Assembly (NCBI GenBank): GCA_041650915.1
Contig: JBAZKE010000006.1
Coordinates: 8,961-72,960 of the forward strand
DNA: 64,000 bases
From: Patescibacteria group bacterium
Lineage (GTDB): Bacteria > Patescibacteriota > Patescibacteriia > UBA10025 > JAHIVO01
Reading direction: 5' to 3'
The translations under genes were made by a program, and so were the position numbers. The first letter of the stretch is position 1, and every line of letters begins with the position of its first letter. Positions 29,234 through 38,772 of the stretch are shown here, piece after piece. The notes under the pieces are model-generated. The model saw only the letters and a program-made list of their open reading frames with translations, made no database searches and had not been told where the DNA came from.

Positions 29234-30121
29234 ATGCCGTTATCCGACGTCACCAAACAGGACTTTCTACAACGCAACATAATTGATAATCCCGGACTCA
29301 AACGCTATATTGGTTCGTTGGCCAAGCAGCGCTTGCGTTTCGTCTGGGGCAACGACCGGGCTATCGAGCGCGAGGACATCGAAGCCGAACTCATGCTCAA
29401 GGCTGTGGAGGCCGCGAGGAAATGCGAGGCCAAAGGGATCGATGGCCGACACTGTACCAATACTCTGAGAGTCGCGGTAACGAATCACAGCTTGAATCTA
29501 GCGACACGCTTCGGGTCAAAGGCACGCAACCCCCTGACGCGTGTCAGTAAGGCCGACAAATTCCGAACTGCCTGGTGGACAGATTTGGAAGCGAATTCAG
29601 TAATTCAGGTCATGGTCTCGACTCACCCCCGCCACCGCAAAAATAAATACATCCTGACGTGCAATACTAATTCTGGCCTACAGCAGTATTGCCACGTGAA
29701 CCGCCTTTTCGATACTGAAGAAGATGCACGCAAAAGTCTAAAACGCTATCGCGTCTTAGGCGATGGCAAGCGCAAAGCCGTCGTAGATCTCACTGTCGAT
29801 ATGGACGATTTCCAGCCCACAACCAAATCATTTGATCTCCCGACCTCGCAGGATGGCGAAACTACTTTGTACAATTTCGTCGGCGGCAAAAAAGACAAAA
29901 GCACCGAAATAGAATTAAACAAAATACGCAATCCGAAAACCCGTGCTTGTTGCGCTCTGGCGCTGGGTTGTGGGGACTACGAGACCTTCCGGGTTTGGGC
30001 ACAGCAGCACGGCTGCGATATCGGAACTACCACGTATCGTGAATTCCTACGGCTCGCCATGGAGTTCTGCGGGGTGGAAAAAGAAGATCTAGAGCGTGCC
30101 TTGACCAAATTCCGCCAGTAG
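29234..30121 (+). CDS. hypothetical protein with sigma region-2-like N-terminus
   Basis: GGAG RBS then ATG 29234; IEREDIEAELMLKAVEAARK...RVAVTNH resembles ECF region 2. Confidence 0.5.
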   Translation: MPLSDVTKQDFLQRNIIDNPGLKRYIGSLAKQRLRFVWGNDRAIEREDIEAELMLKAVEAARKCEAKGIDGRHCTNTLRVAVTNHSLNLATRFGSKARNPLTRVSKADKFRTAWWTDLEANSVIQVMVSTHPRHRKNKYILTCNTNSGLQQYCHVNRLFDTEEDARKSLKRYRVLGDGKRKAVVDLTVDMDDFQPTTKSFDLPTSQDGETTLYNFVGGKKDKSTEIELNKIRNPKTRACCALALGCGDYETFRVWAQQHGCDIGTTTYREFLRLAMEFCGVEKEDLERALTKFRQ

Positions 30122-30124
30122 CGC

Positions 30125-30153
30125 TTGACTTTCACCCGTCTGTACAGTAAACT
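30125..30153 (+). promoter_or_regulatory. sigma70-type promoter
   Basis: TTGACT-17nt-TAAACT, followed by AGGAG RBS. Confidence 0.7.
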
Positions 30154-30174
30154 CCTACTATTGCAGTAGGAGCA

Positions 30175-30762
30175 GTGATGCCAAATAATTCTTTCTGGTC
30201 TAACGAACTAGTACAAACCGGCCCAGACACCTGGGAGGTCCGCTACGGCAAACACCAAGGCCAGCGGCAAAAGGTCTCCGCAGCCAGAAACAGGGAGGCC
30301 GGCGTCAAACCCGCGCAGCACAACCGCGTCAGGGTATACAAGTATTTCCTGGACCGTAGACACAAAACCATTACAGACGCCCAGGGTAATGTAGTAGCAC
30401 GGCGCGTTACTATTACTCAAGGCAAAAAACTCATGGGGCACAAGCAAACGCTCGTACGCTTCATGATGGATGGATTGGAATGGGCCGGGCGTACGGTGCT
30501 GGGCGGTAAGAACGCGTTGGTGCTTCGCCCAGGCCGACGGAAAATTGCCAAGTGCCCATGCGGTAAAACGTTGAAATCGGATAATGCCACAGGGCTCTGC
30601 CGTGAGTGCAGGAAAAAAGAAACTCAGAGCAAAAATAAAACCTGCACAGAATGCGGCAAGGCCATCAGAGACCAAAATGTGACAGGTCTGTGTGCAAAAC
30701 ATTACCGAGAGTCGAAGCACGCAGCAGAGCAAAAGCGTAATTTCAACCCCTTTGCACCGTAA
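30175..30762 (+). CDS. basic zinc-finger protein
   Basis: Two C..CGK.....N.TGLC repeats. Confidence 0.65.
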   Translation: MMPNNSFWSNELVQTGPDTWEVRYGKHQGQRQKVSAARNREAGVKPAQHNRVRVYKYFLDRRHKTITDAQGNVVARRVTITQGKKLMGHKQTLVRFMMDGLEWAGRTVLGGKNALVLRPGRRKIAKCPCGKTLKSDNATGLCRECRKKETQSKNKTCTECGKAIRDQNVTGLCAKHYRESKHAAEQKRNFNPFAP

Positions 30763-30770
30763 CGAATTTT

Positions 30771-30788
30771 CACCTTAAATTGTAATAG
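30771..30788 (+). promoter_or_regulatory. putative phage late promoter
   Basis: CACCTTAAATTGTAATAG. Confidence 0.6.
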
Positions 30789-30821
30789 CGGCTTTCCGCC
30801 CACCAGGGCGAAGCCCTGCTT

Positions 30822-31805
30822 ATGATCCAAACTCGACCCTCCCCACAATTTATTCGTATCGACCCCATGAGCGAAACTGCGCTCTCAGGGCTCGCGGAGC
30901 GCGACATCACGCGCTACCTCGAGGTCGTGAAGCTCACGTTGCAGCGCTTCATGGAAGAGTGTCTGGGCAAGGAAGGTCAGTTCCGGGAATTCTTCGACCG
31001 CTTCGCCAGTTTCACCACGGGTTTCATCGTAAATGAAACTCTGGACCGAGACCCCAATAAGCGGCATCTACAAATAGCCAGATATTTCGACGACATTCAA
31101 GAGCGCCCGCCACAGATTTTCATCCAGGACAATGGGTATAATTACCAGCCGTCCGGCTTAGGCGGAATTGACGATGGCTGGAATATGCGGAATGAACGCG
31201 GGCAACAAGTAATTCGTGTTGCAGACGTAGTGACGATCCCCTGCCAGATTACCTGCGCCGCGTTGTCTGAGCAGGACATCAACAACATGGCGGCATTTAT
31301 TTCTGCGGCTTTCGGACAGTTTCAGCAGGAGATCTGCAAATATATCCTGAAGCCCAAGCCAAATCCGGACCGTCCTGCACACTGGGAAGTACGCCTACCC
31401 TTCACGTTCAAAGTCAGTCCCAAGAAACATGAATCTCTGCACGAGGACACTCGGCAACAACTCTGGTCCGTGACGGCCGACATGGACGTAGTGTTTGAAA
31501 ACTCCGTCTACATGATCTACGCGAACCAACCCAAACTCGAGTTCACGGAAGGCACTCTGGGCGTTTCCGTGCCGTCAACTATCCGGTTGGGCCAGAACGT
31601 TCCCATTAACCTGACGAAACATCCCCCACGCTTCACCGTTTATACTGATGATCCGCGCGTAGCTGTGGTGCACAAAACCAATTTGACTTTCTCGCTGCAG
31701 CCCAGACGCCCCGGCACCTGCACGTTGTTCGTCACCGCAGAAGATGGTGGGTCCAAAGGTCCCAGGATATTTTTCCAGCAGACCATTACGGTGGTTTCCA
31801 GATAA
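30822..31805 (+). CDS. putative tail completion/neck protein with C-terminal Ig-like domain
   Basis: Upstream of sheath; P.IFI and C-terminal TDDP.VA.V...PGT.TL pattern. Confidence 0.5.
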   Translation: MIQTRPSPQFIRIDPMSETALSGLAERDITRYLEVVKLTLQRFMEECLGKEGQFREFFDRFASFTTGFIVNETLDRDPNKRHLQIARYFDDIQERPPQIFIQDNGYNYQPSGLGGIDDGWNMRNERGQQVIRVADVVTIPCQITCAALSEQDINNMAAFISAAFGQFQQEICKYILKPKPNPDRPAHWEVRLPFTFKVSPKKHESLHEDTRQQLWSVTADMDVVFENSVYMIYANQPKLEFTEGTLGVSVPSTIRLGQNVPINLTKHPPRFTVYTDDPRVAVVHKTNLTFSLQPRRPGTCTLFVTAEDGGSKGPRIFFQQTITVVSR

Positions 31806-31807
31806 TC

Positions 31808-32098
31808 ATGGATACAGATTTACAGAAAGAATATGGAGTTCTGTACACCAAAGTACTAGATATTTTGTACACAGCGGATTTAGCACAAACCCACAGTCCA
31901 GATCCAAATGAATACTGGCCAGAAGTCGGTGAAATAATTCCTCGACTGCACCTGTGCGGATCTCCGGAAGAAGTCCATAGTCTAGTCTATCGAGTTTTTT
32001 GCCAATTATTTAGCGATAAAATAGCTGGAGATTTTGATCGTTATCGTGCCCCGGCAGAACGAATTTTTGAAGCGTACATTTTATATCAGCCTGTCTAG
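31808..32098 (+). CDS. DUF1871/YugE-like small protein
   Basis: P.EY.PEV..I...VY.VF..LF pattern. Confidence 0.45.
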   Translation: MDTDLQKEYGVLYTKVLDILYTADLAQTHSPDPNEYWPEVGEIIPRLHLCGSPEEVHSLVYRVFCQLFSDKIAGDFDRYRAPAERIFEAYILYQPV

Positions 32099-32104
32099 TA
32101 AATT

Positions 32105-32122
32105 CACGTTAATATCTATTAG
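32105..32122 (+). promoter_or_regulatory. putative phage late promoter
   Basis: CACGTTAATATCTATTAG, upstream of sheath. Confidence 0.65.
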
Positions 32123-32188
32123 CAATTAGCTTCCTTTTGGGTGCAGTCAATAATTGCGCCCGATTTCTTGTAGTTTAAGGAGTTCAAC

Positions 32189-35100
32189 ATGGCAATCGGC
32201 GATATCCGGCTTACCAATTCGCGTTATGTGCGTCCCGGCGCTTACATTGGATTTGTGCCGCAGCCGTCCCCAGTTTCCCCGACGGGAAACCCACGCTATC
32301 CCTGCATCGTGGGCCGTGGGTCGCGCCTCGCACGGGTTAACGCCGAGCAGCACGTGCGTGCTCGCGTGTACGGTGAGCAGCTCACATTCACGTCTACGGC
32401 GCCGTACATCGCGTACCTGGACAATAACGCCAATCCCGACAAGGGTTTGACGCAGGTTTACGACTCCTCGGGGCGTCCTGTGCCTTCCGACAAGTGGGCG
32501 TTCCTGGTGAATCTCTCGGCCTCGGGTTACTACAACCGCGTGCAGATTGATTCCACGACGTTCAACAAAAACGTCACGTATTACGTGGAATACCAGTCGG
32601 TAGACCGCGGCGTGCTCGACGAGATGATGTTCGACGGTGTTCGCGAGATGCTGCTCGTCGGCGATGCCGAGGGGCAGAATAAGTACGTAGAGTTCACGGA
32701 CTATCGTGTGGTCACGTCGCTCGTGGGCTCCACCGTGGACCCGGACGCCTGCACGGCGGACACAGATAATACGTTCTACGCTAGCACCATCGTGCCGGCT
32801 GCACTAGTACCCGCTCCTGCTCCTGGCGCGGGTTCTGTCGCGCTAAACGCGGCCACCAATTACATTGGTGGGTATAACCGCAAATATGTGCTAGAGTGTG
32901 TGGCCGTCAACGGTGGTGTTTCAGCAGACTTTAGTCTAACTGTAACCAACTACTCCGGCGGTAACGCGCAGACGCCAAACGTGCCGTACGTCCCGGCAGC
33001 TACTACTTCTATTTTCCGGCGTATTTTCGCAGACCCGGCCACAGCGTTCTCGTTGTCCAACCCCGCGAGTGTTGGTGTGCTGTCTGGTTATCTGACCACC
33101 AACCCGCTTCCCAATTTCTTTGGGTCCGACGGAATCGTACTGGACATCGACGCGGCATTTATTGGCGGTGACGTAGGCATTACTTGGACTTGGATGGCGT
33201 ATGGACCGGGCAAAGTTGAATTTGCTTCGGCACATGACAATACTAACCAATACTCGACTGTTCTAGACCCGGTGGAGCTTGGTGATATTGACCCTGCACT
33301 AGCGGCCACCGCACAAACGTCGGGGGGTAAAATCACTGTTCATGCCGACACCGATTTTTCTGATACTTTGGACCGTAGCTATTTCCTGCACTGCAGCGCA
33401 TCCGGCGGTGCGGTGCCTAATCGTACGGCCACCATCACTTGGGCAGGGTACAAGGAACTTCCGTACACCACCGGCTCCATCGGTCTCGTAGAGGGTACTC
33501 CGGCTTCGTACCAGCGGGTGCTGCTGGAAAACGGAATCTATCTGACGTTTGCATTCGGAACGTCACACAACCTGGTGGACACTACCAACGTGCTAGCTTC
33601 GCCGGCCGCGTCTACACTTTCTAGTGCTATCACGCTGGCCAATGAAATCCGTACTGAATACGGCGAGCACGACAATAACACCGGTGGTGCTTGGCATGTC
33701 GCGGGCTCTGGAGCGCACCAAATCGTGGCTGCGGCTTCAGCAGACCTCGCGACTCTGCGGACACTTGCGCTGGATATCCAGACCAAGTACTCGGCGCACC
33801 TCGCTGACACAACTGAGCACGTCGTCGTTGATGCCATCTGGACTCTCGATACTGATCTGACCATCACGGCAGCGTCGGACCTGGCTGCGCTGGTCAATTT
33901 CCTGAACGATGTGCGTACCAAGTATACTCGGCACGGCGTAGCCAACGGATTTGACCTGGCAGACACCTGGCGCGTTGATGCCAAGGCAGCGCGGCGTGAG
34001 TTTACGGGTAAAGACGACCGTACCGTTACCCTGACGTTCAGCGCTCCTGTGGCCGCGACGTCCGTGACCGCAACGTACACGTCGTCCACTCTCGAGGGCG
34101 GTTGGGCCACCGAAACCATTTCGGATTACAGCGACCCCTGGTTTGATCTCCCGGACAACATCCGGCTCATGGTCCGAAACCTTCAGGGTTTCACTTCGAA
34201 CCCTGGCCCACCGCTGATTCCTAACACGCACGAGCGCTATGCGGCCAATGACGTCTTCACGTTCGCGACGCTCAACCACGATGAGATTGACTGGTCACTG
34301 GTAAATCGTGCGTCCGAGACCACGGATTCCTCAGATATTCGACAGGATACTCTCGGGACCATTACCGGTACTCCGCTGTATTTCTACCTCGTACTGCAGG
34401 AGACCCCAGAAACCGTGCTCAGGGTGAAGGACGCCGCTACCCTGCTGCCCATTTCTTACACCTGGATTTCTGATACTCCGTACATCGCATTTGCCTCCGA
34501 TCCTACAGTCGATGTCATCGTGGATTACGAGTACCGCGGCAACGAGCCGGACCCCGGTAATGCTTACTACATTACGGCGAACCGTATCCGTATCGACTCG
34601 GGCTCTGAGAATGAGTACGAGATCCCGCGGCGCTTCCTGAATCATGATGCTTCTCGTCTGGGTCTGTACCCCGCGGAGACCAATAACCATCTCTGGCTCG
34701 GCAGCGAGACCATGTGGGATGCCCGTCCGTTCGGGATTTACTGTGTGCAGGTCAAGAGCGCAGCTGGCGACGATACCTTCACGACCACGGACTATCGACG
34801 GGGTATCGATGCGACCGAGACCTCCAATGCCATCACGGACGTAATTCCGCTGTCTCACTTCGCGGTTATTCCGTATGCCAAAACCTCGATCGAGAATATG
34901 AACAACCCCTTCGAGGCGAAAGAGCGCCTCCTGTGGGTCGGTGCGCAGGTTGGAACTCAGGTGGGTGACGAATCGACAGCCAATACCCTGGTGTATTACG
35001 CGCGTCGCACTCTTCAGTGTAGCCCAAGCTCTCCCGGCAAGGGCAACATCATTCTGATTGGTAACAACGAAGCTACCCGGACCTACGCCCTGGAAGACGG

Positions 35101-35719
35101 TTCAGCGACTACCGTGACGCTCGACGGTTCGTACATCGCGGCGTACACCGCGGCTTTGGTAGCGTCGTTCCTGAACCCCAGCGACACCATCGGACGCAAA
35201 TCGGTGTCTTCATTCGACACCATCACAACGTTCAACGAGAAGGAATTGGTCCTTCTGGGTCAGGCTTCCATCACGTCGCTGGATTCTATCGGTACTGGTA
35301 TTTATCAGTACGTGGAGTCTGTGACCGTCGATACCACGGAACTCGCGCTGAACGAGATTTCGGCTCGTACTCAGGCACACTACGTCGTGAAGTACGTGCG
35401 GCAGAAGATGGACGAGACCCTGACGTATCTCGTTCCTCCTTCTCCTCTGGCCGGTGTTGCGATCATCACGAACCAGCTGGTGCTCTGCCTCAGCGGGCTC
35501 GTAGCGAGCGGCGTGATTGCGCCGTACGGCAGCGACACGAATCCTCCGACGATCCGGCAGATTAATCCGGACCAGGATGTGTACGTGTTCGCGGATGAGA
35601 TCGAGAAGACGAAGTATCACTTCTGGTATTACTTTAATGCCAGGTACCCGATCAAGCGCCTCTTCGGTCTCTACAGTGTTGATACCAAGTTCTGGCAGAC
35701 CCAGTCTGCTGGTCAGTAA
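32189..35719 (+). CDS. contractile tail sheath protein (large, with insertions)
   Basis: N-terminal Y.RPGAY; C-terminal DGSY.AA..AA, EIS, Y...YP.K; precedes tube, chaperones and tape measure. Confidence 0.85.
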   Translation: MAIGDIRLTNSRYVRPGAYIGFVPQPSPVSPTGNPRYPCIVGRGSRLARVNAEQHVRARVYGEQLTFTSTAPYIAYLDNNANPDKGLTQVYDSSGRPVPSDKWAFLVNLSASGYYNRVQIDSTTFNKNVTYYVEYQSVDRGVLDEMMFDGVREMLLVGDAEGQNKYVEFTDYRVVTSLVGSTVDPDACTADTDNTFYASTIVPAALVPAPAPGAGSVALNAATNYIGGYNRKYVLECVAVNGGVSADFSLTVTNYSGGNAQTPNVPYVPAATTSIFRRIFADPATAFSLSNPASVGVLSGYLTTNPLPNFFGSDGIVLDIDAAFIGGDVGITWTWMAYGPGKVEFASAHDNTNQYSTVLDPVELGDIDPALAATAQTSGGKITVHADTDFSDTLDRSYFLHCSASGGAVPNRTATITWAGYKELPYTTGSIGLVEGTPASYQRVLLENGIYLTFAFGTSHNLVDTTNVLASPAASTLSSAITLANEIRTEYGEHDNNTGGAWHVAGSGAHQIVAAASADLATLRTLALDIQTKYSAHLADTTEHVVVDAIWTLDTDLTITAASDLAALVNFLNDVRTKYTRHGVANGFDLADTWRVDAKAARREFTGKDDRTVTLTFSAPVAATSVTATYTSSTLEGGWATETISDYSDPWFDLPDNIRLMVRNLQGFTSNPGPPLIPNTHERYAANDVFTFATLNHDEIDWSLVNRASETTDSSDIRQDTLGTITGTPLYFYLVLQETPETVLRVKDAATLLPISYTWISDTPYIAFASDPTVDVIVDYEYRGNEPDPGNAYYITANRIRIDSGSENEYEIPRRFLNHDASRLGLYPAETNNHLWLGSETMWDARPFGIYCVQVKSAAGDDTFTTTDYRRGIDATETSNAITDVIPLSHFAVIPYAKTSIENMNNPFEAKERLLWVGAQVGTQVGDESTANTLVYYARRTLQCSPSSPGKGNIILIGNNEATRTYALEDGSATTVTLDGSYIAAYTAALVASFLNPSDTIGRKSVSSFDTITTFNEKELVLLGQASITSLDSIGTGIYQYVESVTVDTTELALNEISARTQAHYVVKYVRQKMDETLTYLVPPSPLAGVAIITNQLVLCLSGLVASGVIAPYGSDTNPPTIRQINPDQDVYVFADEIEKTKYHFWYYFNARYPIKRLFGLYSVDTKFWQTQSAGQ

Positions 35720-35725
35720 CTAAGG

Positions 35726-35770
35726 GCGCCGGGTCCACGCTTAACTATATGTGGACCCGGCGCAATTTTT
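35726..35770 (+). terminator. Rho-independent terminator after sheath
   Basis: GCGCCGGGTCCAC / GTGGACCCGGCGC 13-bp stem then AATTTTT. Confidence 0.75.
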
Positions 35771-35771
35771 C

Positions 35772-36185
35772 ATGATTCTAGAAGTCAGTGCCGAGTATGA
35801 TGCCGCCACGGACGTCGCGCAAGTCGCAACGATTGTGCAAACTGACGCCGGAGTATCAGCAGCAGACCAGGTCGAATCCGGAGTAGTGGAATTACTTCAA
35901 GGTTCAGCTGCACAGTACAGCGCGGCGTTTAATTATCGTGACGTCGTGTTGATCGAAAACGACGGGCAGTATTCTGACGTTGGGCGTTTTTATACTTTTG
36001 TGCTCCATCCTAATATGCAAAAGCATATGACAGCTCGGTGCACAGTGACGCTAAATAATGGAGATACGGCGACCCGAGTCGTTCCTGTAAATTATCGTTA
36101 TGTGGGATCGACAATGCCGACATTGAATCCTCTGTTCGGCGGTGTTGAGAATTACGATTTCGAACAAACCCCAGACAAGCCGTAG
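35772..36185 (+). CDS. hypothetical structural protein
   Basis: ATG 35772 preferred because the ORF-track GTG lies in the terminator stem. Confidence 0.55.
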   Translation: MILEVSAEYDAATDVAQVATIVQTDAGVSAADQVESGVVELLQGSAAQYSAAFNYRDVVLIENDGQYSDVGRFYTFVLHPNMQKHMTARCTVTLNNGDTATRVVPVNYRYVGSTMPTLNPLFGGVENYDFEQTPDKP

Positions 36186-36191
36186 GTCCAT

Positions 36192-36623
36192 ATGTTATAC
36201 CCATGCAGAATTGATTGGCCAGCCAATATCACAGCGGGCGATGAGTACACGTTTGTCGTTGAAGACACGGCGCTGGCAAACGCCAATGCGATTTACGAGC
36301 CGGTGCTCAGAGTTTATAATTTCGGGACTGAAACGTTAGATCTCACGATTACCCACAAGCTAGACCTGGGTACTGGCGATGACCCACTACACAACGGTAT
36401 CTTTGAAATGGATGTCGTCGTGACGATCATTCCAACCGGTACTTACGTGGACTTCACTTTCGGCGGTCTGCATCTCGCTACTGATACCGTTTTGGCCGTT
36501 ACCCACACCGTTGAAGTCGCGAATGCCTCGGGGTCCACGCAGCTCATGCATGCCGTACTTTACGGCAAAGCCGAACTCGAAGCTCAGCTTCCAGCGTCTG
36601 CGGCGATTATTCGCAACGCTTAA
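36192..36623 (+). CDS. hypothetical structural protein
   Basis: Beta-rich ORF in tail region. Confidence 0.55.
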   Translation: MLYPCRIDWPANITAGDEYTFVVEDTALANANAIYEPVLRVYNFGTETLDLTITHKLDLGTGDDPLHNGIFEMDVVVTIIPTGTYVDFTFGGLHLATDTVLAVTHTVEVANASGSTQLMHAVLYGKAELEAQLPASAAIIRNA

Positions 36624-36632
36624 AGGCACGAC

Positions 36633-37310
36633 ATGATCCGCATTAGAAACATTTCACGAACTCCCACGGCACCCGGAAACCGCATAGGTTTCAAGATTAA
36701 AGGCATCGGGACTTCCGGCATGCACGCGGGTTATCTCGATCTGGAGCCGCAGCAGCAAGTGGAACTCCCGCGTCTTGCCATGAAGGACTGGCCGTTTTCT
36801 GCCAAGCAAGCCCTGGCGGAATACGTGGCCCATGGTCTCGTGGAAGTCGCGGAAGTCGATTCCGTGCATCTATATAAAGACAAGGGACACGACCTCGCCT
36901 ATTCCCCCGATTACATTCTGGCCGAAGCTGGTGCCAATATGCTCACGGCGTCCATCACAGCAGCCATAGATTTCACTGCACAATTCAATCAGCATGCCGC
37001 GAGCACGGCGATACACACTGCAGCAGCGGTCCAAATTACGCATGCAGTGCCTACGACCACTCTAGCGAGTCTTCAGAATTGGCTAGTTAACGCGGGTGGC
37101 GCGCAGCTAGTATTCGTTGCGCACCTAGCCGATGCTGCCGCGCATTCTACTTTGGATAATTCCAACGCCATCGCTTCGATCGCGCCGGTGTCTATCCCCG
37201 CAGCGGCAGCTGCGGTCGTAGAACTCATGCGTGCGTACACCGCGCACAAAGAATGGTTTTTAGAATCTACCGCGGCCGTGCTCAACGTTCCCGGCATCCT
37301 GACTTACTAA
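36633..37310 (+). CDS. structural protein with His-ended helical repeats
   Basis: FNQH, FVAH and YTAH repeats similar to the sheath insertion. Confidence 0.55.
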   Translation: MIRIRNISRTPTAPGNRIGFKIKGIGTSGMHAGYLDLEPQQQVELPRLAMKDWPFSAKQALAEYVAHGLVEVAEVDSVHLYKDKGHDLAYSPDYILAEAGANMLTASITAAIDFTAQFNQHAASTAIHTAAAVQITHAVPTTTLASLQNWLVNAGGAQLVFVAHLADAAAHSTLDNSNAIASIAPVSIPAAAAAVVELMRAYTAHKEWFLESTAAVLNVPGILTY

Positions 37311-37347
37311 CGTTGTCGGGCGCGGCCTGACAAAGAAAAGGTGATCC

Positions 37348-37881
37348 ATGGCACTAGATTACGCAAAATATGCATCTAACTCCGTCGGCGTCGTGACCGA
37401 GCCGCTCAATTATACTCACCCGCAAGCCCCGACTGAGAAAACCTACCACGGCATCGCAATTTCGATCAACGGTGCCGTTGTGGGCCGCGTCCAGTCATGG
37501 AACAATAAGGGCGGTAAAACTCGTGAGGCTTCTCACGTTTACGAACTAAACAACCGTACCTTCGGGCGCCCCGTCGATGTTGTGCCTGGCGTGGCCAAAG
37601 GGTACACTATTGCGGCTTCTGCGCTTGAATTATGGGGCAAGGAGATCGAATTTATCCTTGGATCTTCAACACGTTACATCGATCTCGTGAGCCAAACGGC
37701 TCCGTTCACCGCCGAGGAATTCTGGCACCGCGGCTCTAACCCTTATGAAACGTGGACGTACCTTGGCTGCTGGATGACTGATATGGATCAATCCGAATTC
37801 AAATCGGACGGTGATGCTAAAGTTACGACCAACGTGAACTTTACGTATACCGCTAGAATGCACATTCAGCATTCTATCTAG
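37348..37881 (+). CDS. tail tube protein
   Basis: 177 aa; I.ING..VG..QS, YEL, V.VVPG, Y.GCW motifs; between sheath and chaperones. Confidence 0.75.
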   Translation: MALDYAKYASNSVGVVTEPLNYTHPQAPTEKTYHGIAISINGAVVGRVQSWNNKGGKTREASHVYELNNRTFGRPVDVVPGVAKGYTIAASALELWGKEIEFILGSSTRYIDLVSQTAPFTAEEFWHRGSNPYETWTYLGCWMTDMDQSEFKSDGDAKVTTNVNFTYTARMHIQHSI

Positions 37882-37937
37882 ATTTTGGTAAATACCTAAA
37901 TTCTTTGTTGTAAAACGTCCTCCGTCAGGAGGATACG

Positions 37938-38741
37938 ATGCCGACATTTGCACGCATTGATGCCAAGAGTGCTACTGTTTCCCACCACCTCCGGGCCGCG
38001 CGCCAAGTAATTCTCAATTCCCTTCCTCGTCCGTCCGATCGTGCAGTAAACAAAGTATTGGAAAGGCTCACGCAGGCATATCAAACTTTGCCGCTGCACA
38101 GGCTTACCCTTTTGATGCAGGTTATTGAAACAGCCCCGAGGATTAAACGCGCGGAATCGATGCGAAATGTTTATCAGCAACTGGACAACATTTTGCTGGA
38201 TTTGGGACACTGTACAAAAACACCAGATCAAGACGACGCCATTTTAGCGTTCATGAAAGCAGTTTCTACCAAGGGGTGGAAAACTCAGGAATTGAATGAA
38301 CGCGAGACGCAACAAGATGGATTCAAACAGTCACAAGACTACATCGATACTATTGCCGTCGACGCAGACGAACTCCTGCAAACTGAATTCGGCGTAATCT
38401 CGGTTCCCATTGTGCTATTGCAAGGATATTCTATTCCCAAGCAGGCACTGAACGATTGGTCGCAAGAACCTTATAATTTAGACATCGCGGTCGTGTTTGG
38501 CCGCTACATCACGCTTTCACCGGTTCCATGTATTGGAATTGCTAAAAAATTAGTCGAAATTCATCGGGATAAAGAAACTATCGTCGACATGACAAAATTC
38601 TTCCGGATGGCTCGGGAGCTTAAAGCTGAAATGCCAATTCCATTTCCGCGTCTGGTTGGTGGACATTATTACTGTCCGGTGTGGACAGAACGAGACGAAG
38701 CTCGACGATTTTTGAGACAGTGGGATTTGTTATTGAGATAA
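37938..38741 (+). CDS. hypothetical protein
   Basis: AGGAGG RBS; 267 aa. Confidence 0.65.
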   Translation: MPTFARIDAKSATVSHHLRAARQVILNSLPRPSDRAVNKVLERLTQAYQTLPLHRLTLLMQVIETAPRIKRAESMRNVYQQLDNILLDLGHCTKTPDQDDAILAFMKAVSTKGWKTQELNERETQQDGFKQSQDYIDTIAVDADELLQTEFGVISVPIVLLQGYSIPKQALNDWSQEPYNLDIAVVFGRYITLSPVPCIGIAKKLVEIHRDKETIVDMTKFFRMARELKAEMPIPFPRLVGGHYYCPVWTERDEARRFLRQWDLLLR

Positions 38742-38772
38742 CTGTAAAACCCAACCTCACTTTGAGGTCCCA

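Noticed and set aside
30822-30866. PSPQFIRID at the N-terminus as a tag copy
   Set aside because: It shares PQFIR but lacks the G-x-x-Y half.
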